Shown: piece after piece, positions 31,889-41,258 of the stretch
Numbering within the stretch: the stretch's first letter is position 1
Layout of the letters: each line of letters begins with the position of its first letter
IMG/VR virus record: IMGVR_UViG_3300028072_000009
Location: 1-43,476 of that record
DNA from: a virus
Taxonomy: Duplodnaviria; Caudoviricetes
Direction: 5' to 3' (one strand)
Length of the DNA stretch: 43,476 nt
The notes under the pieces: model-generated
Seen by the model: only the letters and a program-made list of their open reading frames with translations
The model's database searches: none
Told to the model about the DNA's origin: nothing
Position numbers and translations under genes: made by a program

Positions 31889-32416
31889 TCAGGGAGCCTG
31901 GAACCCATATCTCGTGCTTATCGGCCGTGTCAACCCGAAATGTTGCGCCAGGATCGGCAAAGCGCTGAGCAGCACGCCTTTCGCGGCGGCGGTTTGGCGA
32001 CCTTTGCCGGTCCAGCGCTGGCGGAGTGACCAGTCCGACAGGCTGTGATCGAGGCCGAGGACGTCCCAGGCGAGGCTACCCATGGGGGTATTTAGCCCGC
32101 CCAGCGCATCCAGCGCAAGGCCGATCTGGCGCTGCGCGGTATCGCTGCCGATATGGCTTGGCCTCAGGCTGCCTCGAGGGGTGCGCAGCACGTCCGCGGC
32201 TTTCAGCGGACTGATCTGGGCCGTCACTGCCAGTTCGTGGAAGTAACACCCGGCGGTGTGCTCGGGTGGGGTGATCTCGGACTTAGCGAGCAGGTTGTCC
32301 AACAAACTCCGGCAGTGCCAGGGGTGACCGATAGCGCCTTGGGTGTCGGCGATGACGGGCGATCGGCGGACCCTGCCGTGCTGCCGGCGCTCGGGTGTTG
32401 GTGACAGAGCTTTCAC
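31889..32416 (-). CDS. Putative late transcriptional regulator (DUF6456-like)
   Basis: PTPER.QH..LDNL..I..AG..F..ALDALGG..L.WDVLG..SL..W..AKGVL..AL..LA.HFG; occupies the position of lambda Q. Confidence 0.6.
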   Translation of the reverse strand: MKALSPTPERRQHGRVRRSPVIADTQGAIGHPWHCRSLLDNLLAKSEITPPEHTAGCYFHELAVTAQISPLKAADVLRTPRGSLRPSHIGSDTAQRQIGLALDALGGLNTPMGSLAWDVLGLDHSLSDWSLRQRWTGKGRQTAAAKGVLLSALPILAQHFGLTRPISTRYGFQAP

Positions 32417-32571
32417 TGGCTCTCCCGTTGCCGCGCTTCCCAGATCCATTTGTTCACCTGGATGTGCTGCAGCTCTTTCAGCTGCCGCTCCTGCACGGCG
32501 AGGATCTGCTCGAGCAGTGCGGCGATTGACACCAGCGCGGCCTTCACCTCGGCGACATCGTCGTACGTCAC
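32413..32571 (-). CDS. Small coiled-coil hypothetical protein
   Basis: 52 aa from GTG; GTGA overlaps on both sides. Confidence 0.5.
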   Translation of the reverse strand: MTYDDVAEVKAALVSIAALLEQILAVQERQLKELQHIQVNKWIWEARQRESQ

Positions 32572-32798
32572 CGCCGGGGCCTGCCGGTACGCAGCAGGCT
32601 GCGCGGGGGGCCGCCGCAGCCGGAGCATCGGGTAGCGCCGCTCTTGTTGCCTCTGGTGATGCTGGGCGGCCCATCGCGGACCCAGCAGGGCTCGCCGTGA
32701 TCGCATTCGATCGGACGGTGTGGCTCGCGGTGTCCGGCATACTCGGCGAACAGCGCCAGTGCGTCGGGCGGCCACTCGGTCCGGCGTGGCTGGCTCAT
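32568..32798 (-). CDS. Small Cys/His protein
   Basis: 76 aa; ECDHGEPCW..RCSGCGG; ATGA overlap. Confidence 0.5.
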   Translation of the reverse strand: MSQPRRTEWPPDALALFAEYAGHREPHRPIECDHGEPCWVRDGPPSITRGNKSGATRCSGCGGPPRSLLRTGRPRR

Positions 32799-32956
32799 TC
32801 GGGGTCCGCCTTCGCTGGGCGCAGCCGCAACTCCTGCCGCCACTGATCGGCCTTCCGCCAGATCTCCTGCTGGCGGCGGATGGCTTCCTCGCGTTCGGCC
32901 CAGGAGGCGAAGCCGACGCTGCGGGCATAGGCTTCGCGATCGAGGCGCTCACGCAT
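32795..32956 (-). CDS. Hypothetical protein
   Basis: 53 aa, overlapping both neighbours in the operon. Confidence 0.5.
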   Translation of the reverse strand: MRERLDREAYARSVGFASWAEREEAIRRQQEIWRKADQWRQELRLRPAKADPE

Positions 32957-33611
32957 ATCCGAGGCACTCCCGTAGGGCTCTGCGTCGCTTGCTGCGTCGC
33001 TGCAACTCGTCGCGCAGTTCGGCGAGGGAAGGGAACCACACCTCGCGTCTGGCCCATTGGCGCAGTGCGTGTTGCACGACATCGGCGGGGTAGGTGGCGC
33101 ACTCTTCGGCGAGCACCTGGAGGATCATCGCGAGGTCGGCGGTGCTTTCGGTTCGGGCCTTGGTGCTGGCGCGCAGCCTGGCGAGTTCGATACGCACGAA
33201 GCTGGGATCGGCTGGGGCGAGAGCGGCCTCCACGATGCTGCGGGCATCGTCGACCTCGCTACGGTTCATTGCGACGGCGGCGAGGGAGTAGCCGACAAAT
33301 TCGCTGTCGAAGCCGTAGACCGGATCGACGAACTCCCTAGTCGTCGCCTGCAAGCCGGACGCGACTGAGGGCGGCAAGGATCTGAGAATCTCCCTGTCGG
33401 TTACCTCTGGGGTCGGGAGATCGGGTTTTGCGGCACCAGTTGCGCCAAGTTGCCGGCCAATCGAGCTTGACGCCGCCCGCGCCCGGCTTGGCATGCCAGT
33501 AGTCGGCGAACTGGTCGGCGAGGAGGTCCGGGTCGAGCCCGCGGGCATAAGCGAACTCGCAATCCGCTGCACTAGGCTGCCAATCGGGGGCGAGTCTGCT
33601 TCCTCGGACAT
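32949..33611 (-). CDS. Putative helicase loader / replication accessory protein (start uncertain)
   Basis: C-terminal YPADVV..A...W.R...WFPSLAEL pattern; follows the initiator; GGAG-7 nt-ATG at 33611. Confidence 0.6.
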   Translation of the reverse strand: MSEEADSPPIGSLVQRIASSLMPAGSTRTSSPTSSPTTGMPSRARAASSSIGRQLGATGAAKPDLPTPEVTDREILRSLPPSVASGLQATTREFVDPVYGFDSEFVGYSLAAVAMNRSEVDDARSIVEAALAPADPSFVRIELARLRASTKARTESTADLAMILQVLAEECATYPADVVQHALRQWARREVWFPSLAELRDELQRRSKRRRALRECLGYA

Positions 33612-34119
33612 TCGATTTCTCCAAACCGACGGGGGGCGAAACATTGGCGACGCCGTCAGGCGGCGCGGTTGGCTCGGAACTTTGGGGGGGGCCTCTTAAG
33701 GGGGGGCTTCTTTCCTTCTTTGATGGTTGGTAGTTGGTAGTTAGTGATAGCTTTTCGGCGCCAGAACCGTCCGGTTTTGCTAAGCCTTTGGGGCGGCCGC
33801 CTTTTGCTCCGTTTTCTTGAGCGTTTCCGATGCGTTTCCGAGCCTTTTCCAACTCAAATCGGCAGCGTTTCTGATCGATTTCCTCGCCGTTTCGAATCAA
33901 TTTCCCGAGCTCGACAAGACGCCGAAGGCAGGCGTTGATGCGGTTTCCGTGGTCGTGGAAGCATGCTTTCCGCAGCAACTCGACGGTGATCGGCCCGCCG
34001 TGGCTATAGATCAGCGCGCAGGCCCGCATGTAGAGCCCTTCCTCCGCAAGGGTCAGTCCAAGCGTGCCGGCGATCCACTCGTCGGGAGAGAAGTCGACGC
34101 GACGGATCTTCTCGACCAT
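33337..34119 (-). CDS. DUF1376 (YdaU-like) replication initiator with DnaT-like C-terminus
   Basis: F.PDEWIAGT.GLT.AEEGLY..NGAKGGRPK; RGSRL.PDWQP..F.DYW..K.DW.ATWRNW; short ACTACCA repeats in the linker near 33722-33750 may mark an origin. Confidence 0.8.
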   Translation of the reverse strand: MVEKIRRVDFSPDEWIAGTLGLTLAEEGLYMRACALIYSHGGPITVELLRKACFHDHGNRINACLRRLVELGKLIRNGEEIDQKRCRFELEKARKRIGNAQENGAKGGRPKGLAKPDGSGAEKLSLTTNYQPSKKERSPPLRGPPQSSEPTAPPDGVANVSPPVGLEKSNVRGSRLAPDWQPSAADCEFAYARGLDPDLLADQFADYWHAKPGAGGVKLDWPATWRNWCRKTRSPDPRGNRQGDSQILAALSRVRLAGDD

Positions 34120-34120
34120 C

Positions 34121-34303
34121 TCAATCCTCCCATCTGTCGCGGTGCAGCATGGCCCAGGCCGCGAGCTGCTCGCGCACCTGGTGCCACTGCGCTGGCGCCT
34201 GCTCATTGTGCAGGGCGATCATCGCCTCGGCCGGGCCGATGCCAGAGGCCTGCCACTCGGCGATCTGGGCGTCGGCGTGGCGCAGCGCGTCGTCCCATGT
34301 CAC
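34121..34303 (-). CDS. Hypothetical protein
   Basis: 60 aa from GTG, with GGAGG RBS and GTGA overlap. Confidence 0.55.
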   Translation of the reverse strand: MTWDDALRHADAQIAEWQASGIGPAEAMIALHNEQAPAQWHQVREQLAAWAMLHRDRWED

Positions 34304-34641
34304 GCTGGCGGCTCCTCCTCCGGCTTGTGTGCCGGTGCCGGGTGCGCCGCCACCCAGCGCCACTCTTTGAGAACGCATTCGAGCATGCGCACCAATGCCG
34401 TGGCTTCCGCCGCGGTGAGATCCAAGATAAGTGTCACGCCGGTATCGGCACTCCGGTACTTATCTGCCATTCGCCGGGGATTGATCGCGATTGAGATCAT
34501 CCCGTCATCTGCGTCTGGATCACATTCCAGCTTCAGCCTCGCATGGTCGCATTGCGCCAATTCGATGACGGGATCGAGTTCCTCCACCTCCACCATCGCA
34601 TTGATGGAATGGAACTGCATCACGATGTGCTGAAGTATCAC
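34300..34641 (-). CDS. Hypothetical protein
   Basis: 113 aa, overlapping the bet stop. Confidence 0.55.
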   Translation of the reverse strand: MILQHIVMQFHSINAMVEVEELDPVIELAQCDHARLKLECDPDADDGMISIAINPRRMADKYRSADTGVTLILDLTAAEATALVRMLECVLKEWRWVAAHPAPAHKPEEEPPA

Positions 34642-35786
34642 AGGGCGAGCCCGCGCGATGCATCGGCCTCGGCAGCGAGCCGGTCGTACTCCGGCCGGAA
34701 CATCTGCAATAGCTCCTTGTCACTCTTGCGCAGGGTTTTCCACCAGGCGGCGAAAGCGGTGACGCCGTCCTTTGTGGCAGCGCGGGCCTCGTGCTGCAAC
34801 TCGGCGAAAACATCGCCGGGCGCAATAGGTTGGCCGGCGTCGGTAGGGGATACTTCCGGCGCCGGCCCAGCGACAGGCTGTGCCATGTGGGGGTCAACCT
34901 GCGGCTGTTGGGGAGCATCGAGTGGCGGCAACCCGAACGGGTCGTCGGCTTGTTTGGCAGTGGCTTGGAACTCTGCCATATGCTGCCGGATGCTGTCCCG
35001 CTCGGGCGGTGATAGTTTCTGCCAATAGGCGCGGAAATGATCGGTTCCGTGTTCTGCTACGATGCGCGCCTCGGCCAGGATATCACGCGGCGGAAAGTCT
35101 TCGACTTCACCTGTTGTGGCATCGAAGTTGGCAGCGAAGTGGTCAAGGTCTGCGGTGGTGTCGGCCGCGGTGTTGATGCGCTGCCGCATCGGCATGTCGG
35201 CTTGTGCCATTTCGTCGCCGGTATAGATACCGCTCATCTCCTGCGGGAACGCCTTGCGCAACGCGAGCGCCTCGGCACACTTTGCCACCATGACATCCGG
35301 CATGGTCGCCCACTGCCGCACCGGGTCGCCGCCCGATTTGCGCTGGCAGTAGCTGTCGTATCGCGCCACTGCCCAGCAGGGTTCGGCAAAGTGCTGGGCA
35401 AGCACTGCCACTTTGGCAGCGGCGGGCGGTGTCTTGCCGAGCCACACATCGCGCCACTCGCCATCCGGGCCGCACCACAGCGGGCCGAGCTGCCCGGTGT
35501 AATTGCCGGTGCGCTCGGCGATCAGGCGCAGCCCGTCGATGCTGACTTGGATGCCCATAACCTCGCGCCGCTGCATGCTGTCGTAGCGCTTGATCGCGTA
35601 GATTTGGCGGGCGAACGGGTCGAGCCCGGTGCGCTTGCACTGGGCCAGGAACAGTTGCAACTCGTCGTCGGTGGCGTCTTTGCAGATGGTGCGCTTAATC
35701 AGCTCCACCTGTTCCGGGCTGAATTGGGTAATGTGTTGCAGTCCCGTGGCATTGCGCGGCAGTGTCACTAATTCATTCTGCGGCAT
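34638..35786 (-). CDS. bet: Phage recombination protein Bet (RecT family)
   Basis: [68 protein letters not shown]. Confidence 0.92.
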   Translation of the reverse strand: MPQNELVTLPRNATGLQHITQFSPEQVELIKRTICKDATDDELQLFLAQCKRTGLDPFARQIYAIKRYDSMQRREVMGIQVSIDGLRLIAERTGNYTGQLGPLWCGPDGEWRDVWLGKTPPAAAKVAVLAQHFAEPCWAVARYDSYCQRKSGGDPVRQWATMPDVMVAKCAEALALRKAFPQEMSGIYTGDEMAQADMPMRQRINTAADTTADLDHFAANFDATTGEVEDFPPRDILAEARIVAEHGTDHFRAYWQKLSPPERDSIRQHMAEFQATAKQADDPFGLPPLDAPQQPQVDPHMAQPVAGPAPEVSPTDAGQPIAPGDVFAELQHEARAATKDGVTAFAAWWKTLRKSDKELLQMFRPEYDRLAAEADASRGLAL

Positions 35787-36702
35787 CGGAGCCCTCCTGT
35801 TCATCGACGGCGCGGATTCTAAGGACGCGGAACGTGCGCTCTGGCAGCACCGTCTCGCGGCGGGTTTGAGCCTTGAATGTCAGTGACCAACCAGGGCACC
35901 ACGCCGTCGATGCGGCGCCCATGCGGTCCTTGATGGTGGCGTCTATTTGATCGAGTTGCACCTCCGCACCACGCCGCGCGATCATCAGATCGGCGCGAGC
36001 GGCGAGCAGGCCGGGAAGCTCGTTATCGTCGCTGAAATCTTTATGGCTGCCGTCTGACACCATCTCGGCGAGCCCGGCGGCGGTCTGCGGCTGCGGGTGT
36101 TCGCCGGCGTCCCACATCCGCCAGAACTCGGCGACGGCATCGAGGATGCGCTGCTCGGCGGCCGGATGCCGTGCGACGGCAAACAGGTGCAGCGGGAAGC
36201 TCGGGGATCGCACCATGATAGCGAGGACGCCACGGGAGCGGCCACAGACGAGCATCTCGGTCAGGGTCTGGAGTAGGTAGTGCGTTGGTGCCGTGCCTCT
36301 CCAGGCGTCCCAGACGGCGGCTGAGCAGGTCTTGCACTGGACGAGCAGATCGTCGGTCCCGAACGCGTCCGGTGTGCAGCCGAGGCGCAGCTCAGGGATG
36401 AGGTGGAACGTCGTTGCCTTCACGACGCGCCACTCCGGTTTCTCCTCGTTGACCGCGGCGATGACGGCGGGTTCGAGGATGCGGCCGGCGCGCATCGAGG
36501 CGTTGTCGCCTTCGCCGCGGCGTTGCCCGAGCTTCTCGGCGATCAGGTCATCGAGGCTGACGTGCGGGTGTATGTTGAATAGCGCGCCAATCGACGAGGC
36601 GGTTATCAGCGACTGCCGCCACGTCAGCCACTCGCCGATGCTTGTGATCTCGCGGACTTCGCGCGCCACTTCGCTCATGACGAGCGTGCCGGGACCGCTC
36701 AT
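35773..36702 (-). CDS. YqaJ/lambda-type exonuclease
   Basis: EWL.WR...ITAS.IGA..G..LEP..LGCTPDA..VQCKT..YLLQ; adjacent to bet. Confidence 0.85.
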   Translation of the reverse strand: MSGPGTLVMSEVAREVREITSIGEWLTWRQSLITASSIGALFNIHPHVSLDDLIAEKLGQRRGEGDNASMRAGRILEPAVIAAVNEEKPEWRVVKATTFHLIPELRLGCTPDAFGTDDLLVQCKTCSAAVWDAWRGTAPTHYLLQTLTEMLVCGRSRGVLAIMVRSPSFPLHLFAVARHPAAEQRILDAVAEFWRMWDAGEHPQPQTAAGLAEMVSDGSHKDFSDDNELPGLLAARADLMIARRGAEVQLDQIDATIKDRMGAASTAWCPGWSLTFKAQTRRETVLPERTFRVLRIRAVDEQEGSDAAE

Positions 36703-37475
36703 GTCTCGTCCCACGGTCGTCCGGTGAATGGCCGCCACTCACGCAACCGCGGCGCCTCGCGGGCGATTTCCGGTTCCGGAATGCCGGCCCATTCGTACTG
36801 CTCGTCGCGGTTGGTTGGCGGCGCGTACCCGTTCCACGGGCGCGGCGGGAACTGCCGCTCAGGCGCCCACAAATCTGGTTGCCGCCCTGCGAAGTCGAGC
36901 ATTGGAAGCTCTGTGCTGTAGCGGGAGGCGCCGCTGCCATCGACGCTATCGGCGCCGGCTTGGTGAGCGAGGCGGAAGCGACGCGCGGTGTTCGCCCGAC
37001 CGATATGGAAATAGACGTTGCGCTCGGCGGCAAACTCACCCCACGAGCGCATCGTCTGTAACTTCCACTCGGTGCTGCCGCCTAGGAAAATACCGACATG
37101 CCCAGGCACCACAACATCGACCAGATCCTGCGGTCCCATCCCATCTTGAACCGCGACCAGAACCAAGCGCGTCCTGACGAGCAGGGGCGCAAGCCACACC
37201 AGACTGAGGCGCAAGCTGCGGAGCCCGCCAGCGACGATATCGGGCGCGATGATGAAGTCTGCCGCCCCACCCAACCTATCGACGAGGGTCTTAAAGCCGC
37301 CGTCGTCAAAGTCTCGGCCAGTACGAAAATCTGACCATGCGCCATTATCGAGGGCATAGCGCATTCCTTCTGGTTTGCCGTCTGGTCTGGCACGGGAGAT
37401 CATCAACCGCCACCCAGCCGCACGCAGTGCTGCAAGATTGCGCTTGTTGTGGGTGTGAGAGGCGTAGCAGATCAC
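36699..37475 (-). CDS. tRNA-guanine transglycosylase-like (DpdA-related) protein
   Basis: YALDNGAW..APDIVAGG..SL..VAVQDG..IFLGGSTEWK..HIGR.N..R..ADSVDGS; 258 aa from GTG (GTGA overlap). Confidence 0.65.
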   Translation of the reverse strand: MICYASHTHNKRNLAALRAAGWRLMISRARPDGKPEGMRYALDNGAWSDFRTGRDFDDGGFKTLVDRLGGAADFIIAPDIVAGGLRSLRLSLVWLAPLLVRTRLVLVAVQDGMGPQDLVDVVVPGHVGIFLGGSTEWKLQTMRSWGEFAAERNVYFHIGRANTARRFRLAHQAGADSVDGSGASRYSTELPMLDFAGRQPDLWAPERQFPPRPWNGYAPPTNRDEQYEWAGIPEPEIAREAPRLREWRPFTGRPWDET

Positions 37476-37966
37476 GGCTCGCCCCGCCGCCGGCGTGTCT
37501 TGACGATGCGCCCGGTGCGCGTGTCGACGACCTTGGTGTCGCCAGTCAGCGGCTCGGTAAGCTCCACCGTGTCGCCCCACGGCCCGGTGCGGGCGGCGGC
37601 GATGGCGGCGGCGATGATGTCTATCGGCCACGCATCGTCAGGAACCGGCTTGTCGTGTTTCCAAAAGATGTCCCAACCGAATGCAACGATAGTCCGGTAC
37701 GTCTGCCGCGCCTGCGCCACGTCGGCATCGGATACTGTGTTCGCGTCCCACGGCCCGGTGCGGGCGGCCTCGCGCAGCCGGCGGGCGAGCACTTCGTTGA
37801 TTGCCATTGCCGAGGTTTCGGCCAGGACATACCGAATGCGGTCGCGCTCTGTCCAAAGCGGCTGTTCGCGCACGGCATAGCGCCAAAGGTCCAGGCCGTG
37901 TTGGACATGCCCCGGGGCTGTAAGCTCGTGGTGAATCGCGGTGGCGAGGTCGCGCTCGGCGCTCAT
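37472..37966 (-). CDS. Hypothetical protein with internal AARTGPW repeat
   Basis: 164 aa; ATGA overlap. Confidence 0.55.
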   Translation of the reverse strand: MSAERDLATAIHHELTAPGHVQHGLDLWRYAVREQPLWTERDRIRYVLAETSAMAINEVLARRLREAARTGPWDANTVSDADVAQARQTYRTIVAFGWDIFWKHDKPVPDDAWPIDIIAAAIAAARTGPWGDTVELTEPLTGDTKVVDTRTGRIVKTRRRRGEP

Positions 37967-38082
37967 GGCGGTGCCGCCATCAGGAACGCGAGGCCCAGCA
38001 GCACCAGGCACACAACCAGCGGCGCGGCCGACAGCAGCAGCATGCCCGCGCAGAACCGCCCGGCAGCTGCCAGCACGCTCAT
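37963..38082 (-). CDS. 39-aa membrane peptide (not in ORF track)
   Basis: MSVLAAAGRFCAGMLLLSAAPLVVCLVLLGLAFLMAAPP; ATGA overlaps on both sides. Confidence 0.55.
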   Translation of the reverse strand: MSVLAAAGRFCAGMLLLSAAPLVVCLVLLGLAFLMAAPP

Positions 38083-38273
38083 GGCGCCCCGACTTTCTCG
38101 ATCTGCGTTGCGGCGTCGAACAGCAGGCGGGCGGCTCGGGGGTTATCTCCGGCGGCTTCGAGATCACCGAATGCAGTCAGGATTGCTGCAATCATGTGCA
38201 TGCGGTCGGAGAACGACTTGCCGGCACAGAAATTAAGGATGGCATTGCGGAACCGCTCGTCGAACTCGCTCAT
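38079..38273 (-). CDS. Hypothetical protein
   Basis: 64 aa; ATGA overlaps. Confidence 0.55.
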   Translation of the reverse strand: MSEFDERFRNAILNFCAGKSFSDRMHMIAAILTAFGDLEAAGDNPRAARLLFDAATQIEKVGAP

Positions 38274-38791
38274 GCCGCGGCCCCCGTGGCGATGGCGTTA
38301 AACGTGCGCACGCCGTAGAGCCCTATGAGCACCGCTTCCGCGCGGCCGATGGCGTGGGCGCGGGTGATGTAGCCACGGCGCGCGGTCCACAGACCCGCAT
38401 CCTCGGGCAAGAGGCGGCCGGCGCAGTCGAGCGCGAGGCTCTTGTCAGCAGCGATGCCGAAATGCCGTTTCCACACTCGCGGCGAGACGACTTCGTACGG
38501 CCAGCCGTGGCAGGCGGCGATTGTGCAGATCGCCATGTAGCGCTGGCCGAGCGCGAAGGCGCTGCTGGCCCCCATGCTGCGTCCGGCTCCGGCGAAGGGT
38601 ACTTGCTTCTCGACCCACAGATGCCCGCAGCGGCGGCCGTCGAGCGCCGCCACGAGGTCGGTTGCGAGTTCGCGCACCCGCAGCTCGCCGGCTGACATCG
38701 GCATGTCGACGAGCGCGATGACACGGACGGTCTCGGCGTCGATGAATGCCAGCGCGCCATCGGCGCCTGGGTCTGCGCCGGCCACGATCAC
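38270..38791 (-). CDS. RuvC-like Holliday junction resolvase
   Basis: IVAGADPG..GALA..DMP..VEKQ..G..SAF..G..V.P..WK..GRAEA.LI. Confidence 0.8.
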   Translation of the reverse strand: MIVAGADPGADGALAFIDAETVRVIALVDMPMSAGELRVRELATDLVAALDGRRCGHLWVEKQVPFAGAGRSMGASSAFALGQRYMAICTIAACHGWPYEVVSPRVWKRHFGIAADKSLALDCAGRLLPEDAGLWTARRGYITRAHAIGRAEAVLIGLYGVRTFNAIATGAAA

Positions 38792-39333
38792 GGCCGACCC
38801 CGGCAGTTGTAGTTTTCGATGCAGTCCCAGCCCTTCGGGAAGGCCGAGCCCTGTCGGCACGCCATCGCGAGCGGCGGGTCGTCGGCGAGCCAGCGGCCCG
38901 AGCGGATCGCCTCGGCCGCCTGCTCGCACGTCGCGCGGCTGGTGGCGGCGACGGTCTCCTGCGGCCTGTCAGTGCCCCACGAGAGCGTCAAGACGTGCGG
39001 GTCGAAGGTCAGCACAAAAGCCAGCAGTGCCGGCAGCAGGATGCGGTGCCTTGCGTATTTGGCGGCGATGGCTTCGGCCATGAGCTCGTCCTGCGATGGC
39101 AATGTCCTGTGCTTGCGCTTCGCCCGCAGACGCTCCATCGCCACGGCAAGTGCGGTCGCTACGTCGGGTGGCGGTGGCGTCTGCATTGCGCAGCCGGGGC
39201 GGTGCACGATCTCGCCGGTCGTGTCGCGCTGCGGGCACTCGCACCCGGCGATGCGGGCCATGCGTTCGCGCCGCAGCTCTGCGATGCGCTCGGCGATGCC
39301 GCTGTCTTCGCAGGCGGGCTGGCGGCTCGTCAT
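38788..39333 (-). CDS. Hypothetical protein
   Basis: 181 aa, ATGA overlap with the Cro-like gene; Cys-rich C-terminal half after a hydrophobic stretch. Confidence 0.45.
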   Translation of the reverse strand: MTSRQPACEDSGIAERIAELRRERMARIAGCECPQRDTTGEIVHRPGCAMQTPPPPDVATALAVAMERLRAKRKHRTLPSQDELMAEAIAAKYARHRILLPALLAFVLTFDPHVLTLSWGTDRPQETVAATSRATCEQAAEAIRSGRWLADDPPLAMACRQGSAFPKGWDCIENYNCRGRP

Positions 39334-39614
39334 GCGAGATCGCCCCAGCCGCTGACGAGGTTGCGGCTGCGCGGCCGGCGAGCCCGTGGCGGCTTCGGGC
39401 TGATGTCGGCGGGCCACTCGGCGTTGCGGGGCCAATGCTCGCGGAAGAACGATTCGGCCGCCAGCAGCGAGCGCGTCGTCGCGTCATGCCCGGCGACGAG
39501 GCGGTTAAAGAGCTTGCCGTTCTTACACGCCCGTTCGCCGACCGTGCTCAGCGCCACCTGCTCAGCCTCGGCATAGAGGCGGGCCAGGCGCAGGATGTCG
39601 GGCGGGCTCAGCAT
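39330..39614 (-). CDS. Cro-like repressor
   Basis: LRLARLYAEA..VALSTV..GKLF.RL.AG..T.R..F..HWP...EWPADI; divergent from the CI-like gene. Confidence 0.8.
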   Translation of the reverse strand: MLSPPDILRLARLYAEAEQVALSTVGERACKNGKLFNRLVAGHDATTRSLLAAESFFREHWPRNAEWPADISPKPPRARRPRSRNLVSGWGDLA

Positions 39615-39626
39615 GGTTAACGGTAC

Positions 39627-39716
39627 GCGGAATCAACTCCGCATGACAAGCGATAACGGAATGTATTCCGCGCTTGCGGCAGCAAAGATGTCACAGAATA
39701 CCGGAAAATATTCCGC
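39627..39716. promoter_or_regulatory. Three palindromic operators CGGAA-N4-YTCCG
   Basis: GCGGAATCAACTCCGC (39627), ACGGAATGTATTCCGC (39656), CCGGAAAATATTCCGC (39701) between divergent regulators. Confidence 0.8.
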
Positions 39717-39772
39717 TATTTAGATAATCAGGCGTAGGGTTATCTAGGGGTTATCGGGTCGGGAGCAGGGCG

Positions 39773-40228
39773 GTGGCAAAAGAGATGCTGTGGGATGACC
39801 CGGCGTTTAAGCGCCGGGTCCGGGCGGCGGCGAAGCGCAAGGGGATGACCCTGGTCGAGGCGCTGACTGCGGTGGGAGCGTCGCGGTATTACCTGGACAA
39901 GACGGTTGAGGATCGCGGTCTGAATACAGTCCTGAACCTTGCCAGACTGTTTGATGTTCCAGCAGCGGAACTGCTGGGGATCAGCCTGGATGCTCACGTT
40001 GAGCGAGAGCGGGAGAGAGCGCGAGAGCGAGAGCGGGAGAGAGAACGAGAGCGAGAGCGGGAGAGAGAACGAGAGCGGCGCCTTGTTGTTGTGGCGCGAA
40101 TGATGGCGACGCAGCTGGTGACGCTCGTCTGCATCGCAGGCAAGGATGCGGAGGTTGACCCGACGGTGTTGATGGAACTGGTCCTGCGTGAGGTGGCCGC
40201 TCATACGAACGGCGCTAAGTCCCAGTAA
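39773..40228 (+). CDS. CI-like HTH repressor with (ER)n linker, no S24 peptidase domain
   Basis: FKRRVRAAAKRKGMTL.E....G.SR.YL..LNTV.NLARLFDVPAAELLG XRE-like domain; position in the switch. Confidence 0.7.
   Translation: MAKEMLWDDPAFKRRVRAAAKRKGMTLVEALTAVGASRYYLDKTVEDRGLNTVLNLARLFDVPAAELLGISLDAHVERERERARERERERERERERERERERRLVVVARMMATQLVTLVCIAGKDAEVDPTVLMELVLREVAAHTNGAKSQ
40001..40078 (+). repeat. Three tandem 24-bp purine-rich repeats encoding ERERER
   Basis: GAGCGAGAGCGGGAGAGAGCGCGA, then GAGCGAGAGCGGGAGAGAGAACGA twice, then GAGCGG. Confidence 0.85.
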
Positions 40229-40401
40229 TCCACCGGATGCAGCTCTCGCTCGCCGTCCAGCGTACAGCAGATATAGCCGTCCCACTCCCCGACGACACAC
40301 GGGTTCCCGTCGATGCCGGGGCGGAACAGGTATGGCCCAGAGGGCTTGCCAGTTTCAAACGTATCCCCGCTGATTTTGAGCGGTTCCGGCCATTGAGGCA
40401 C
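40201..40401 (-). CDS. Hypothetical protein
   Basis: 66 aa, AGGGGG SD-like sequence before GTG; globular composition. Confidence 0.45.
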   Translation of the reverse strand: MPQWPEPLKISGDTFETGKPSGPYLFRPGIDGNPCVVGEWDGYICCTLDGERELHPVDYWDLAPFV

Positions 40402-40524
40402 CGGCTGCCCCCTGCTTCTGCTGGGTTTTTACGCTAACCCTGCCGGATGCTACGGGACGAATCGCCGCAGCTGCAACCCTTGTTTACCAATTCCAGACTG
40501 GAATAAATGCCGGATTAATAGACA

Positions 40525-40689
40525 GTGGATTTGAATCCGCGTACCGTCGCGATTGCGATGATTCGGGAGAGCACATTCCGCAAGCAAGGGGGCGATTCGC
40601 TGCCGCCACTGATCGCCGATGCGTTGGCCTTGCTGTTCTGCGTGCTCGGCCTCGCCGCGGGAATCGCGATGGCGTGGCTGGCGAGCTAG
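40525..40689 (+). CDS. Small membrane protein (not in ORF track)
   Basis: ..LPPLIADALALLFCVLGLAAGIAMAWLAS; 54 aa from GTG, start uncertain. Confidence 0.45.
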   Translation: MDLNPRTVAIAMIRESTFRKQGGDSLPPLIADALALLFCVLGLAAGIAMAWLAS

Positions 40690-40699
40690 GGGAGGGGAG

Positions 40700-40894
40700 A
40701 TGTCCGAGCTTATCGCGCGAGACGCACAGGGGCGAAAGATCGGGCGCAAGACCGCGCACATCGACATATGGGTCGAGCCCGAGCTGATCGGACGGATCGA
40801 TGCTTGGTGTGATCGGCAGCGCGTCCCGCCGACGCGCAGCGCCGCGGTTGTCCACATGATCGAGGCGTTTCTGGAGGAGGAGGGCGATGCCTGA
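40700..40894 (+). CDS. Ribbon-helix-helix DNA-binding protein
   Basis: HIDIWVEPELIGRIDAW..Q..PPTRSAAV..MIE.FL; strong GGAGG RBS. Confidence 0.75.
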   Translation: MSELIARDAQGRKIGRKTAHIDIWVEPELIGRIDAWCDRQRVPPTRSAAVVHMIEAFLEEEGDA

Positions 40895-41081
40895 CGAACA
40901 GATTCGTCTCAGCAAAGCCCAACGCTTGCGGGCCGAGGCGGAGAAAATCCGCCGCTCGGCGATGGTGTCGACGACCGGCGGGCATGGCATTGACCAAACG
41001 CTGCTGCTGGCCGCGGCGCGGCTGGAGCGGCAGGCCGACGAACTGGATGCGGCCGAGAGGCTGTTCGACCGCAACGGATGA
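40887..41081 (+). CDS. Small helical hypothetical protein
   Basis: KAQRLRAEAEK.RR.A..LL..AARLERQADEL; GGAGG RBS. Confidence 0.6.
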   Translation: MPDEQIRLSKAQRLRAEAEKIRRSAMVSTTGGHGIDQTLLLAAARLERQADELDAAERLFDRNG

Positions 41082-41087
41082 CGCGCC

Positions 41088-41192
41088 GTGATCGTGCTGA
41101 TGTACCGGGTGATCGGCGCGGTGTATGGCGTGCTGTATCAGCCGCCGCGGCCCGCGAACGACAACCGCCGCCTGGGTCGGCGCAAGGGGTAG
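41088..41192 (+). CDS. 34-aa peptide with PANDN motif
   Basis: MIVLMYRVIGAVYGVLYQPPRPANDNRRLGRRKG; ANDN motifs are common in alphaproteobacterial phage peptides. Confidence 0.4.
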   Translation: MIVLMYRVIGAVYGVLYQPPRPANDNRRLGRRKG

Positions 41193-41258
41193 CGCGGATG
41201 TGCTTGCGGCGGCCCGCATTTAGTCGCACGCTCGCTGGGTGTCGATTTGAGGGGGACA

